Assembly: GCF_009914755.1 (NCBI RefSeq)
Contig: NC_060933.1
Length of the DNA: 64,000 nucleotides
Strand: one strand, 5' to 3'
From: the human T2T-CHM13v2.0 reference genome, Homo sapiens
The position numbers and the translations under genes are program-made. The first letter of the stretch is position 1; the number at the start of each line of letters is the position of its first letter. Shown here in pieces: positions 42,760 through 54,648 of the stretch. The notes below the pieces were generated by a model, which saw only the letters and a program-made list of their open reading frames with translations, did no database searches and was not told the DNA's origin.

Positions 42760-43380
42760 GTAATGTAGGGGATTATTTCTTTGGCACACTTTACAGGCCC
42801 TGACTATATGCTTGATGGGTTTGAAAAGGCCTGGTCCACTAAATAATAATTTGGCCATCTGATGGATGCTATCAATGCCTAAGTGAAAGGTTTGGTGAAG
42901 GGTTTTAAGTAATTTCCATTGGTTAGCTGCAGGCAAAAGTATTTTTCCTTCTTCAGTGGCTAGCCATCCTGAGGGGAGGAACCTATGTCCTTGTGAGGTT
43001 CCCCATTCTATTTCTCCTGCTGAGTACTGGGGCTTGGTTTCCCTGAGGGGATTACCCCATACTAGGGGTTATTCTATAAGCATTTCTAATGAAGGGTCCT
43101 GCCTTGCAGATCTTTTGGCTTCAATATCTGCTTGGCAGTTCCCTTCTATTTCTTCTTTCCTTTCCTTTCTGATGACCCTGGCAGTGTGAGACTGCCACCT
43201 GTTAGGTTTCTGTACAGCCAATAATAATCTCCTAATGGCTTTCTGGTGTTTGATAGGTGTTCCCTCTGAACTTAGGAATTCCCTTTCTCTCCATATTGCT
43301 GTGTGGGCATGGAGGACTGGGTAAGCATATTTAGAGTCTGTATAAATATTTACCCTTTTTCCTTCTCCTAATTCTAGTGT
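42760..43380 (-). pseudogene. HERV-W pol remnant (RNase H plus integrase HHCC N-terminus)
   Basis: RNase H 'VNIYTDSKYA'; integrase 'LHQTFHLG...RACKVCQRNNPL'. Confidence 0.88.
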
Positions 43381-44632
43381 ATAATGGCCCCTGCTTTTGC
43401 TAGAATGTCTCTCCCTAACAAGGGAGTGGGGCTTTCAGGCATAATTAGAAAAGCATGTGTAAAGAGTCAAGTTCCCCAGTCACAACTTAGTGGCTTGGAG
43501 AAGTATCTAGTGACTGGCTGTCCTAGGACCCCTCAGATAGTGACAGTTCTGGAGGACCATTGTCCAGGACAGCAGAGTAAGACTGAGAAGGCCATGCCAG
43601 TGTCCAGGAGACAGTTAACCTCCTGGCCCTCAATGGTCAAGCATACCTGGGGCTCTGTGAGGGTGACGGCATGGGCTGACACTTGCCCCGGGCACCCTCA
43701 GTCCTGCTGCTGGATCATCTGGTTAGTGGCTTCTGACTCAGAAGACCTTCATTCCCTGGGGCAGTAGGCCTTCCAGTGATTCTCTTGACATAAGGGGCAT
43801 GGATGAGGAGGCAGCTTATTTCTATTCGGACAATCTTTTTTAAAGTGTCCTTGTAGACCACACTGGAAGCAAGCCCTATTAGGCATTCGATTTGCCCTGC
43901 ATTTCCATGTTCCAGAGCCTCCAAAGTCTGCTTGCCTGAGGGCCATGACTAAAGCGGTGGCCTTTTTCTTATCTAGTTTGTCCCGTTCTGCCTGTTCCTC
44001 CTGATCTCTATTATAAAACACCGAGGTTGCCAAGTTCAATAGGGTTTCTAACTTTTGCTCCAGGCCTAAGGTGGACTTTTGAAGTTTTTATTAAATATCT
44101 GCAGCTGACTGAGTGATAAACTTATCCTTTAAGATTAGTTGGCCTTCAATAGAATCACGTGACAGAGAGGTATGCTTCCTCAATGCCTCCCTTAGTCTCT
44201 TCCAGAAAGGCAGTAGGATTTTCTTCCTTTCCCTGTGTTATAGTGGACATCACTGAATAATTTATAGGCTTTTTCCTAGTTTTCCTTACTCCTTCTAGCA
44301 TGCAAGTTAGTAAATGTCTGTGGCACCAATCTCCGTGTTCTGATTCTGTGTCCCAGTGAGGGTGTACACTGGGAACTGCCTGCTGGCCTGTGAGGAATTG
44401 TTCTCTTTCCTCTGTTGTCAATCTATCATTGACCTGACTGAGAGACCAGAGATAGCCAAACTCTCGGGCTGCAGTTATGGCAGCACTTCTCTCATTTGGG
44501 GTTAGTGTCTGATCTAGCAGTAACATTATATCTCTCCATGTCAGATCAAAGGACTGTCTTAACCCTTGTAAAACATCAATATAGCCATTGGGGTTATCTG
44601 AGAATTTACCTAGGTCTATTTTAATTTGTTTA
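43381..44632 (-). pseudogene. HERV-W gag (CA-NC) and protease remnant
   Basis: 'KQIKIDLGKFSDNPNGYIDVLQ', MHR 'ITQGKEENPTAFLE', NC 'CFQCGLQGHFKKDC', protease 'LLDTG' near 43600; frameshifted. Confidence 0.9.
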
Positions 44633-46063
44633 GTGCAAACAGCTTGCACGTTTGAGCAGACCAACTATTAAGCAATTCTCCTAACTTTGCTTCCACAAGG
44701 TCTCCCTATCAATTACTGAATACCCATTGTGGTTTTTTCTCAATCACCTGGGAGGAGCCATCTATAGTCCTGTCCTGAAGGGATTTCCTCCTAGGTCTGG
44801 TCAGACCTTTGTATGGTAATTAAGATTTAAATCCCCTATTAGGAAATCTGCTGGGTTAAAGGAGTTTTCAGTGGTTAATGTTAAATCAACTTTTTCTAAC
44901 AGAATAGCCCCATACTTTAAGATTTGAGTTAGTAAGCTACCTTTTTGCTTTTTAAACTTAGGATAGTTCTGAACTGGTGAGGTGTGCTCACAATGAGGTT
45001 TCCTGTAAAGGTTATTTTTCTACTTTTAGCAAAGTGGTTGCCACTACTGATTGAATGCATTTGGGCCATCCGCGGGTTGCTGGGTTAAGGATTTTTGCTA
45101 GGAAGGTTACAGGTTGTCAGTGGTCTCAGTGCTTTCAGGCTACGCCCTTGTTTACACCGACAACAAGTTGGTATTGGAGTGTTATAGGGTCACAGAGAAG
45201 ACCTTCAATTATCAATTATAGATTTTAATTTACCCTGGCTTTTAAAGGAATAGGGCACACTGTTTTGTCTTTACTACTTCTATCTTTTTCTTTCTCTCTC
45301 CTCTCCATCTCTCTCTCTCCTCCATGTGTCTCTCTCTTTCCTGTTTCTCTCCTTTCTCTCTCTGCCTCTTCCTTTTCTCTCTTTCTTTTTCTGCTTTACA
45401 AATCTGGGGCCCTGGCAAGGGTGGTGGGGAATGGGTCGCACATAACTGTCCATGTCAAGAGCTATATGCCTAAATTGGGAGGGACACCAGGGACAAGACT
45501 CCCTGGGTCCATAGCCTAGGTGCCTAAGGACACAGCGTAGAGCTTCCTTAGATCCCTTTGGAGATACAGCCTTCTCTAATACTTGGCAGAGGGAGCGAAA
45601 TTCTGAAACACTAGTATCTAGGAGGCAGGGATCAGAGGAAGTAGATTCAGAGGTAAGGAGAATTTTGGGGCTACACTTTTAAGAAAGTCATGGTTGGGGC
45701 CCAGGAGGTATGGGTCAGAAGGAGAGGTAGGGGCACACACATGGGCAACTGTTGAGTAGACTTCTGGCTGCGCCATGATCTCAACTGGCCAATGCCAGGA
45801 GTTCAGGATGACAGCTTTCTGCCTCTAGTCAGCCCTCGGCTTCCCCAGGAAAATTGAAAGTGGAAGCTGGTTCCAGGCAGACCAACACTCCCAACAGTTG
45901 TTAGAAAGCCCTTCCCCAGACAGCCTCACACCTGAGTCTTAAGTCTGGCGGCCACGCTAATCGTTTTTAACTGGCGACAGGTGCCCAGTATTTTCCTCCA
46001 ATTCTAAGGGGATAGGACAGAATAGCAAATGAAAGTGGTCCAATATTACTCACCACTTTGGAG

Positions 46064-46081
46064 GTCCCTTCATGGTCGCCA
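46064..46081 (-). promoter_or_regulatory. Retroviral primer-binding site, tRNA-Arg type
   Basis: Minus strand TGGCGACCATGAAGGGAC, 3 nt after the U5 CA; followed by splice donor GTG|GTGAGT at 46048-46053. Confidence 0.8.
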
Positions 46082-49000
46082 AAATGTTACCAGGGGGTCC
46101 TTGTTCTTAGAGCTCCCAAGTGGTGGCAGGCCGCTTCCAAGATGGAGGCAAGCCTTTTGTTCTCTGACCTGGGGTTCTTGGCCTCACAGATTCCAAGGAA
46201 TGGAATCTTGGGCCATGCGGTGAGTGATATAGCTCTATTCAGCTCAATTAGGACAAACCCGGGCACTTAGCCATGCAGGAATAATGGCAAGCCTTTTGCC
46301 CGATCAGGAGTGGCAATGGGTGCCTCACTGGATCAGGAGTACAGCAGACACCCTGCCAGATCCAGAGGGATGGAAGTCAGCGGTGGGTCTGTGACTGCAG
46401 CAAACAGCAGTGGTGGTTGGTGAGCAAAAGCTCAGCTCAAGCCATAACAAACACGGACCAGAGGAGTGTGCAGTTGCAAGATTTAACAGAGTGAAAACAG
46501 AGCTCCTATAAAATGGGAGGGGACCCAAAGGGGGTTGCCCTATATATACCACAGTTTCTTTATCCACTTGTTGATTGATGGGCATTTGGGTTGGTTCCAC
46601 AATTTTGTTATTGCGAATTGTGCTGTTATAAACATGCATGTGCAAGTACTTTTTTTTTTTTTTTTTTTGTATAATGACTTCTTTTCCTCTGGGTAGATAC
46701 CCAGTGGTGGGATTGCTGGATCAAATGGTAGTTGTGCTTTTAGTTCTTTAAGGAATCTCCACACTATTTTCTATAGTGGCTGTACTAGTTTCCATTCCAA
46801 TCAGCAGTGTAGAAGTGTTCCCTGATCACTACATCCATGCCAACATCTACTGTTTTTTGATTTTTTGACTATGGCCATTCTTGCAGGAATAAGGTGGTGT
46901 TGCATTGTGGTTTTGATTTGCATTTCCCTGATCATTAGTGATGAGCATTTTTTCATGTATTTCATTTTACGTATGTTATATTGTTCATATATCTTCTTTT
47001 GAGAATTGTCTATTCATGTCCTTAGCCCTCTTTTTGATGGAATTGTTTGTTTTTTCTTACCAATTTGTTTGAGTTCATTGTAGATTCTGGATATTAGTGC
47101 TTTGTCAGATGTATAGATTGTGAAGATTTTCTCTCATTCTGTGGGTTGTCTGTTTACTCTGCTAACTGTTCCTTTTGCCATGCAAAAGCTCTTTAGTTTA
47201 ATTAGGTCCCAGCTATTGATCTTTGCTTTTATTGCATTAGCTTTATTGGGTTCTTAGTCATGAAATCCTTGCCTAAGCCAATGTCTAGAAGGGTTTCTCC
47301 ATGTTATATTCCAGAATTTGTATAGTTTCAGGTCTCCACTTCCTTCACTTTTTAACTGACCTTATGAGAATTAATCAGTGTACCTCACTGAGCTTCCTTG
47401 GCCTCAGGACTTTCGTTCAGAGACGGGTCATAGTGTGAGATTTAATCCTCAGTTGTCCCCACTGCCTAAAACTGTGTCCCCAGAAGAAAGAGCACTCAGT
47501 ATGCAAACAAGATCTTCAAACTTCTGCTTACATTATTTTCCATCTCATTTTTTTATTCCTGTTTTTTGTAATGATTTGATCATACACATAATATATGTCA
47601 GTCATGTAGTCTAGACATTATAAAATGATGAATAAATGGTATATAGTGAGAAGGTGTACTCAAAATATTGTTCTGATGGGATGCTGGATCAAAATCCACT
47701 GGAGACCACTGGCCAACTGGAAGCTGCCCCTACCACACAAATAAATACTGGAGCCCTCTCCAGTTTGGCATGCACTGCATACTCATCCTTTATTCTCTAA
47801 TCAACTATAATTATTGATCTATCTGTAGGTTTCCATTTTTCCCATCTAAGGACCTTTGCTCATGGTGTTTCTTCTTACTAGAACTTCTTTTCCCACATTT
47901 CTTCCCTTCTTAGATTGCAGGTTTCTGGAGAGTGATGTCAGCACCTGCTCCATCATGACTGTCTTCAAAGTTTTGCACAGAGTAAACAGGAAGTGGTTTA
48001 TAAGATGAGTGATTGAATTATTGAACAAATTAGATGTTAGTTATTCCCATAAGCAATTAAACCCACCTGATAAGTATTGCAGTCAAGGCAGGAAAGTTAA
48101 GCATGAAAATCACAAACATATAGCAAAACAGGAAATATTGGGATGATGGTGAAATTCTCATAGTGTTTTGTTCGAGTCACTGAGAGAAATAAACCAACAT
48201 ATCCTTTGGCTACTGTGTGTATGTTGTGTCGATCAGTCAAAATCAGCTTTCACTATGAACTGCTCTGAGGCTGACATGGCTGAGAGCCCCTGCCCTGCCA
48301 ATACTTGGTCCAGGGGTGGAAGGGGGCTGCTGTGCCTGAGCATGGAGGAGGCTGGCATCTGCTCCCCGCAGTGTGGGATCATGATGGATCCATCAGAGAG
48401 TTTACTGGGGACAAAAAGGCACTGAGCATTGGGACAAAAATCTGTCATTAGATTGATCCTTTATTCTGATATAGTAATCTTTATTTTCTGCCAAAACATA
48501 CTAAACTAAAACAAAATCATGTTTGATGACAGATTGTAGACACAAATAGAAGCCCACCAGATCAAACAAAAACAGTTGACAAACAGTAAAATATTCCCCC
48601 AAAAGAACTCTTTGTCTAAACTTTTGATTGTTTGGAGGAGAATAAAACAGGTCAGGGGTCAGGCAAAGTTTTACCCATCATAGTCTTCAGGGATGTTGTG
48701 CTTTTTAAAGAAAATGGTAGTGGGGGGTGGACTTAGAGGAAACTTGAAATTGTATAAAACCCTTATTCAAATAAGGATTGATTGTTCCTTGAAAGTCCAA
48801 CATAGGTTTCCTTAGAAAATGCTGGATAAACCACATTGATCTCAGCAAACATTTCCTGTTCCTTTCCTTGTGAGAGCCTCCTGGGCAGCTGCCTGCAGTA
48901 TTCCTTGATGTACAGGCCCACCACATGCCCAGGGGCTCCTTGATCCACACTGGAAAACAGGGAAGCCTGCAGCACCAGGCACTCCCAACACATGCAGGGT

Positions 49001-49329
49001 ACAGGGGCATGCGGAGCACTTTCCAGGTTAACTTGGGCCCACTTCATGGTCCAGCTTATTTCTACATTGCCTAGGAATCCTGACTTCGCAGGGGTGATGT
49101 AAAGAATGAAAACCAACCAACTGAAAGGCAAATTCTCTGGGATTCATTGCCTGGACAGGAAGAGCATAGGTGAGGCAAACACCACCCTAATGCCAGCAAT
49201 CACTTTCCGCTCCAGCAGGATGGCTAGTAAGTCTTTTTTTTCAGAATATAACATTGCATTCATTTAACACTCATGACTTGTGTAGAAAAATTAATACTTG
49301 TAGCACACTTTGCCTCTTTTGATTTTTAA

Positions 49330-49920
49330 TTATGTTTTATTTATTCTATTTAGTATTTATGGTCATATAACAATATAATTATACATATTTATCATTATTA
49401 AATATTGCAGGTATATGAAAATGAATAACATATAATAAAATGAGCATCCTACCTGCCTGGAACACCACCTCCCCAGCAGAATCTCTCTCTGTGCTCCACA
49501 GAGGTCACTTGCATCCCCATTGTCAGGTCCCTCATTCCCAACCATTTTTCATGCTGCATTTCCCATGAAATTTGCTAGAAGGTTCTGCGTGTTTGCTTTG
49601 TATGTCTTTAATGCTTTATAAATTGTGTCATAACACATGCATTCTTCAGCAACTTGCTTTTATCCTTGAGCATTTTGTTTGAGAGACTTATCTACATTAT
49701 TAGAAGTAATCTAAGACCTTGTGTTTTTACTACTTTGGAACTATACTACCATTTATTTATCCAATCTCCTGTTGATGGACATTTGGCTTGTTTCTAGCTT
49801 TCTGCATTTAAAAATTGCTGCTACAAATCTCTTTGTGTGTGTCTCTTGCTTAGTCATAGACTTTCTCTAGGAAACAAACCTGAAAGGAGAATTGCTGAGA
49901 CAAAGGGCTTACATGTTAGG
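49330..49920 (-). mobile_element. Old L1ME 3'-end fragment
   Basis: TTTATTTATCCAATCTCCTGTTGATGGACATTTGGCTTGTTTCTAG motif. Confidence 0.65.
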
Positions 49921-50336
49921 AAAGTTTTTTCAAGTTTGTTTATAGTAAAAATTCCTTGGGTGTATCACAGATGAGAAGGCAAAGATGCATTCACAGCTCC
50001 CAAACTCACTGCTCCTGCAGGAGTTTTTGCACATGTTCTCAGGAGGGGCTTTGAAAACACATCATATAAAGATTCAATGACGGTTGGGCTCAGAGATTTG
50101 GGGATTTTCAACAAATCATAAAAGTCTTACTTGGTTTCAAACAAAATGAGCACCTAATTTAGGCATGAGTCAGCAGAATTAAGTGAAGGAGGTAGGAGAC
50201 AGTGGGGATGGTGGGGGAATAGTTTCTCCTGGTCCCGAAATCATTATAAGTAGACAGTCACTAACCCTGTCCCATGGGGCAGGAATCCAAACAGGGCAAG
50301 ATGAGCAAAGAGGGCTGTGGGGCTATTGCCATAAGA

Positions 50337-50745
50337 TGTGTGCTCATGTGTGCCCATGTGTGTGCCTGGATGTGTGTGTGTGCATGCATGTGCATGTATG
50401 TATGTGTCTCTGTGTGTATGAGTATGTGTGCATGTGTGCAGACATGTGCATGTGTGTGCACATGTATGTGCATGGGTATGTGTGCAGGCATGTGTGTATG
50501 TGTGCACGCATGTGCATGGGTATGTGTGCATGTGTGTGCCTGGGTATGTGTGCAGGTGTGCAGACATGTGCATGTATGTGTGTCTCTGTGTGCATGAGTA
50601 TGTGTGCATGTGTGAAGACCTGTACCTGTGGGTATGTGTGTGTTTGTGCATGTGTTTGCGTGTGTGTGTCCATGTGCATGCACGTGTGTGCATGCATATC
50701 CATATGTGTCCCTGTGTGCATGTGTCTGTGTCTGTGCGCACAGTG
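50337..50745. repeat. Degenerate (TG/TGCA/TA)n alternating purine-pyrimidine tract
   Basis: About 400 bp of GTGTGCAT-type units. Confidence 0.95.
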
Positions 50746-50842
50746 TGGGGGAGGGGCAGGGTGTCACTTGCTGCATCTCTTCCTATCAAAACTCACCTTC
50801 CATTTGGCTAATAGATTCTTCTATCTACTTTTTCAGCATTAA

Positions 50843-51145
<303 letters not shown>

Positions 51146-51160
51146 CATCTTTCAACATTT

Positions 51161-51208
51161 TTAAGTTACTTTTTAAGTTACTTCTTAAGTTACTTCTTAA
51201 GTTACTTC
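51161..51208. repeat. 12-bp minisatellite x4
   Basis: TTAAGTTACTT(T/C) repeated four times. Confidence 0.9.
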
Positions 51209-53438
51209 TCCTTTGTAATGGCAGAGAGGTGTTAGTTGATTTCCTCTGACTTTGGCTAATGCCTGCCAGTCTCGATTCATCAGAAATAATGATGAGAAGA
51301 TTCGAATGCTCTCAAAGCCATTCCTACAGAGCCAGCCTCCTCTCTCAGGCTGTGATATTGTCTCTTATGGGTGAAGGTTTGGGTGCGGGAAAATTGAATT
51401 AGATGAAGAATATTAGCATCTCCATAAAATGAAATTTGCCAGAGAAGAATTCTTGAGTTTATGGAAAGGAAAACAGGGGAAGTTATAATGGGGTGCTGAC
51501 ACAATGTTGGTGCTGTTCTGAGTGTGTGTGTTCTGCAGTGGAGCCACATGCAGAACGCTGAAGGTCCCGATGGCCTGACAGCCAGGAGACATCCCTTCTG
51601 GAAACGTGCCAACTCCTCAACCAAGATGGAGCATCACTTCCTGAGAGGCTTTTGTTTCAGTCTCCCCCATGCTGGCAGGTTATTGTTCAGCATCTGGAAT
51701 CTGACCCTGGAGACACAGGCGCCGTTTATTTTCAGACTCAGCTAATCACCAAGGCCCACACCCGCCTGATGGGGAAAGTGCAAAGGTGGGAGAGACTGTT
51801 CCCAGAATAGAAGCGTTTGCTGCTAGTCCTTCCAGAAACGTTGCCAAGTACAGAGCTGAATGCAGACTGGATTTCTTCAACAGCTTCACCTACACTCCAC
51901 AAATCTCTTGTCACTTCTTTCCCCAGTGCTCATATAAATACACCATGTATTTTATAATGTGTATATGAATTCCCCAAGAGAAATCTAGTTCAAACTTTCA
52001 TATTGCAAACATGCCTGGCCAACACTTTGGCACTCTGTGCACCCGAGTGTGTCCATGTTAAAATGCCTACTATTAAGGGATTACTTTGCCCCCTTTCAAT
52101 TTTATAGATATGCAAACTTGAGTGTGAAGTGGCATGTCCAAATTAGTGCCAGCTCATTAGGCCAATAAAAGCTGGGAATCAATCTCATTACTGTGCTTGC
52201 CCAGTTCTGAAGAAGCTTCCAGCCACCAACCTGGTGACTCAACTAGCAACTGAGAATCTTCATGCATCATCCACACCCAGTGGGGCTGTTTACACACTCC
52301 TGCCTCCACCACAAGGCCCTGCAGTCACACCTTCATCACACTCCAGCCAAACACCCAAACGAAGAGGGTCACAGATCTCTTTGAAACTTTGATGAAAGCA
52401 ACCAAAAGCAAAGGCATTTGCTCACAGAAGCATTTGGCATACTTGCCCTAGAATGGCCAGTGGCATCTTCTCAGCCAAGCTTAGCAGCTGGAGCTGCCCC
52501 TTCCTCCCCAACCAGAGCCGCTCCATGACCTGACTCTGCTCAAGAGATGTGCCCTGTTCCCAGAGAGGCTCAGGCTTTCCAGCAAAGTCCGCAGGGCTGC
52601 CTGCAGCCCCTGCTTAGGGTTGGGCTGGCCCCCTCCTCCACTCACTACTTCATGCACAGCTATAATCCCCTGGACCATGAGAGCTTGTTCACACATCTTC
52701 ATTGTTCATGTCTTTCACAATAGCATAGTTGTGAAACAGTCCTGTATAAACACATCACAGACAAAGGCAAACAAGACAAAAACAGTTTCAAAAACTTTCA
52801 CTTAAATGTGCTCACTGTCATAAGTTTAAAATTATTGAAAACATCATGAATTTAAAAGCCCAGGAAAACGAAGACTCGTCTATTATTTTGCCTGCAAGAA
52901 GCACACACCAGTGAGACCGTCCAGTGTGAGTCAGAGTATTTAAGGAGTAGCTCTTCAAACACTTCGATTTTTATCCCCATTGTTTTTAAGAATGGAGAGA
53001 AATGGATTGCGGTAAAAAGACGTCACTGTCCACTAAAAGTCAAAATACTGCATTTAAACTCTTCACGGCAGGCACGGATTACTTAGAATACTTTTTGTGA
53101 GGTAAACACCATGGCAGAAAATTAATGAGTCATACTAGCTAGGGATAACAAACATGGCTTGATTAGCTGCAGATAGTGAGAATTTCATTCCTCATGCATT
53201 AAGGGCTAGTTTCCTAGAGAGGAGGATCAAACAGAAACCAGTAAAAGTCCTTGGGTTGTGAGTTACAGACCTGGCCTCTGGGAGATGGGCTCTGGGCAGA
53301 TGCAGAATGGCTTTTGACCTGCTTTGTGTTACATAGAAAAATGTGTGTTTGGAGGATGGTCAAATCAAGACCTCAGTTTAATGATTTCACCTCATGGGCA
53401 CTGTTGTGTGGTCATTGCCTCATGCTGTGATCCATGCA

Positions 53439-53525
53439 TTGTGTGTGTGTGCATGTGTGTGTATCTGTGCATGTGCACATGTGATTGTGAATGCATGTGC
53501 AGACATGTGTGTACATGTGCATGTC
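53439..53525. repeat. Degenerate (TG/TGCA)n tract
   Basis: TGTGTGTGTGTGCATGTGTGT... Confidence 0.85.
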
Positions 53526-53624
53526 CTTGAGCAGATACATGCATCCAACGCAGTTTAACAATGTCTCCCACCTAACACTTCTCCAGATAGCTGCACAGTT
53601 GTGTTGCTCCCATGGTGTCACTGA

Positions 53625-53986
53625 TGTGATGGTTAACTTTATGTGGTGGCTTGGCTAGACTATGGTGCCCACATGTTTGGTCAAACACCTGCTGTATTTT
53701 TAAGAGTTGATTAACATTTCAACCAGTAGATTTTGAGTGAAGCAGGTTCCTTTCTGTAATGTGGGTGGATCTCATGCAGTCAGTTGAAGGCCTTAGGGGA
53801 AAACCGACCTCTCCCTAGGAGGAGGGAATTCTGCCCCCAGACTGCCTTTGCCTTTGGACTCCAGCTGAAGCATCAAGTCTTCCACTCTTCCCTGGTCTCC
53901 AACCTCCTGGCCTGCCCTGCAGATTTTGTACTTGTCAGCCTTCACTATCACATGAGCCAGTTCCTTAAAATAAATCAGTATCTCTG

Positions 53987-54026
<40 letters not shown>

Positions 54027-54066
54027 TCCTATTGGTTCTGCTCCTCTAGAGGACCCTGACTAATAC
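53625..54066 (+). mobile_element. MLT2 (B/C-like) ERVL solo LTR with internal (CA)n
   Basis: TGTGATGGTTAACTTTATGTG...CCTATTGGTTCTG...CCCTGACTAATAC. Confidence 0.85.
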
Positions 54067-54490
54067 CCAGCACCTTTCTATGGGTAGAAGTCAAGCAATG
54101 TTGCCAGCAGTGATATTTGGCCAACTTCATGGTCATCATGAAGACCATCATGGGAGGGTCATCACCTTGTTCCTGGCCTGTGCTATGATGCATGGGGCTT
54201 GCTTTCTGGGGTCTGCTAGTGAGAGAAGGAGCCCTGGGAGCTGAGACGAGGCCTTCATCACCCAGCCTTGGAGAAGGAGGTCAGAGAAAGTTTCTGGCAG
54301 GAGACAAGCCAGCTTGGAAAGAGACAGAGAGATGGGATGCCTTCTGGTTTCCCTGGAAAATGGGCATCAAAATGGTGGTGGAACAAGGCCACCAATTCTG
54401 GTGTTGGCAAACATGAGCTGAATTTCCCCATGGCAAACATGAGCTGAATACAGCTGGTCTGTATTGGTGCAAAACGTATTATTCTTTATT

Positions 54491-54648
54491 GCAGTGGTTC
54501 TCATACAGCTGAATCCCCTGGGGGACTTTTAAAAATGCCCTACCCCAGAGACTCTGACTCAGCAGATCTAGGGTGGGATCCAAGAATTTGCAATTCTTAG
54601 CTGATGCTGGCCCTGCTGATCCTGGGGCCACACTTTGAGAGCCATTGT
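54491..54648. mobile_element. MER5A-like element
   Basis: CAGTGGTTCTCA...CACACTTTGAGAGCCATTG TIR-like ends. Confidence 0.75.

Larger units (their letters stand above)
42109..46540 (-). mobile_element. HERV-W (HERV17/LTR17) processed pseudogene: R-U5, PBS, leader, delta-gag/pro, delta-pol, delta-env, U3-R, poly(A)
   Basis: 5' LTR starts in R at 46540. 3' LTR (42127-42450) ends 12 nt after ATTAAA into poly(A). 21-bp TSD TATATATACCACAGTTTCTTT at 42088-42108 and 46541-46561. Confidence 0.95.
41706..47335 (-). mobile_element. 5'-truncated L1PB-like element (about 1.2 kb: 41706-42108 plus 46541-47335) split by the HERV-W retrocopy
   Basis: Antisense L1 3'UTR; ORF2 C-terminal remnant '[26 protein letters not shown]'; TSD CCACTTCCTT(A/C)ACTTTTTAA at 41686 and 47336. 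Confidence 0.88.
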
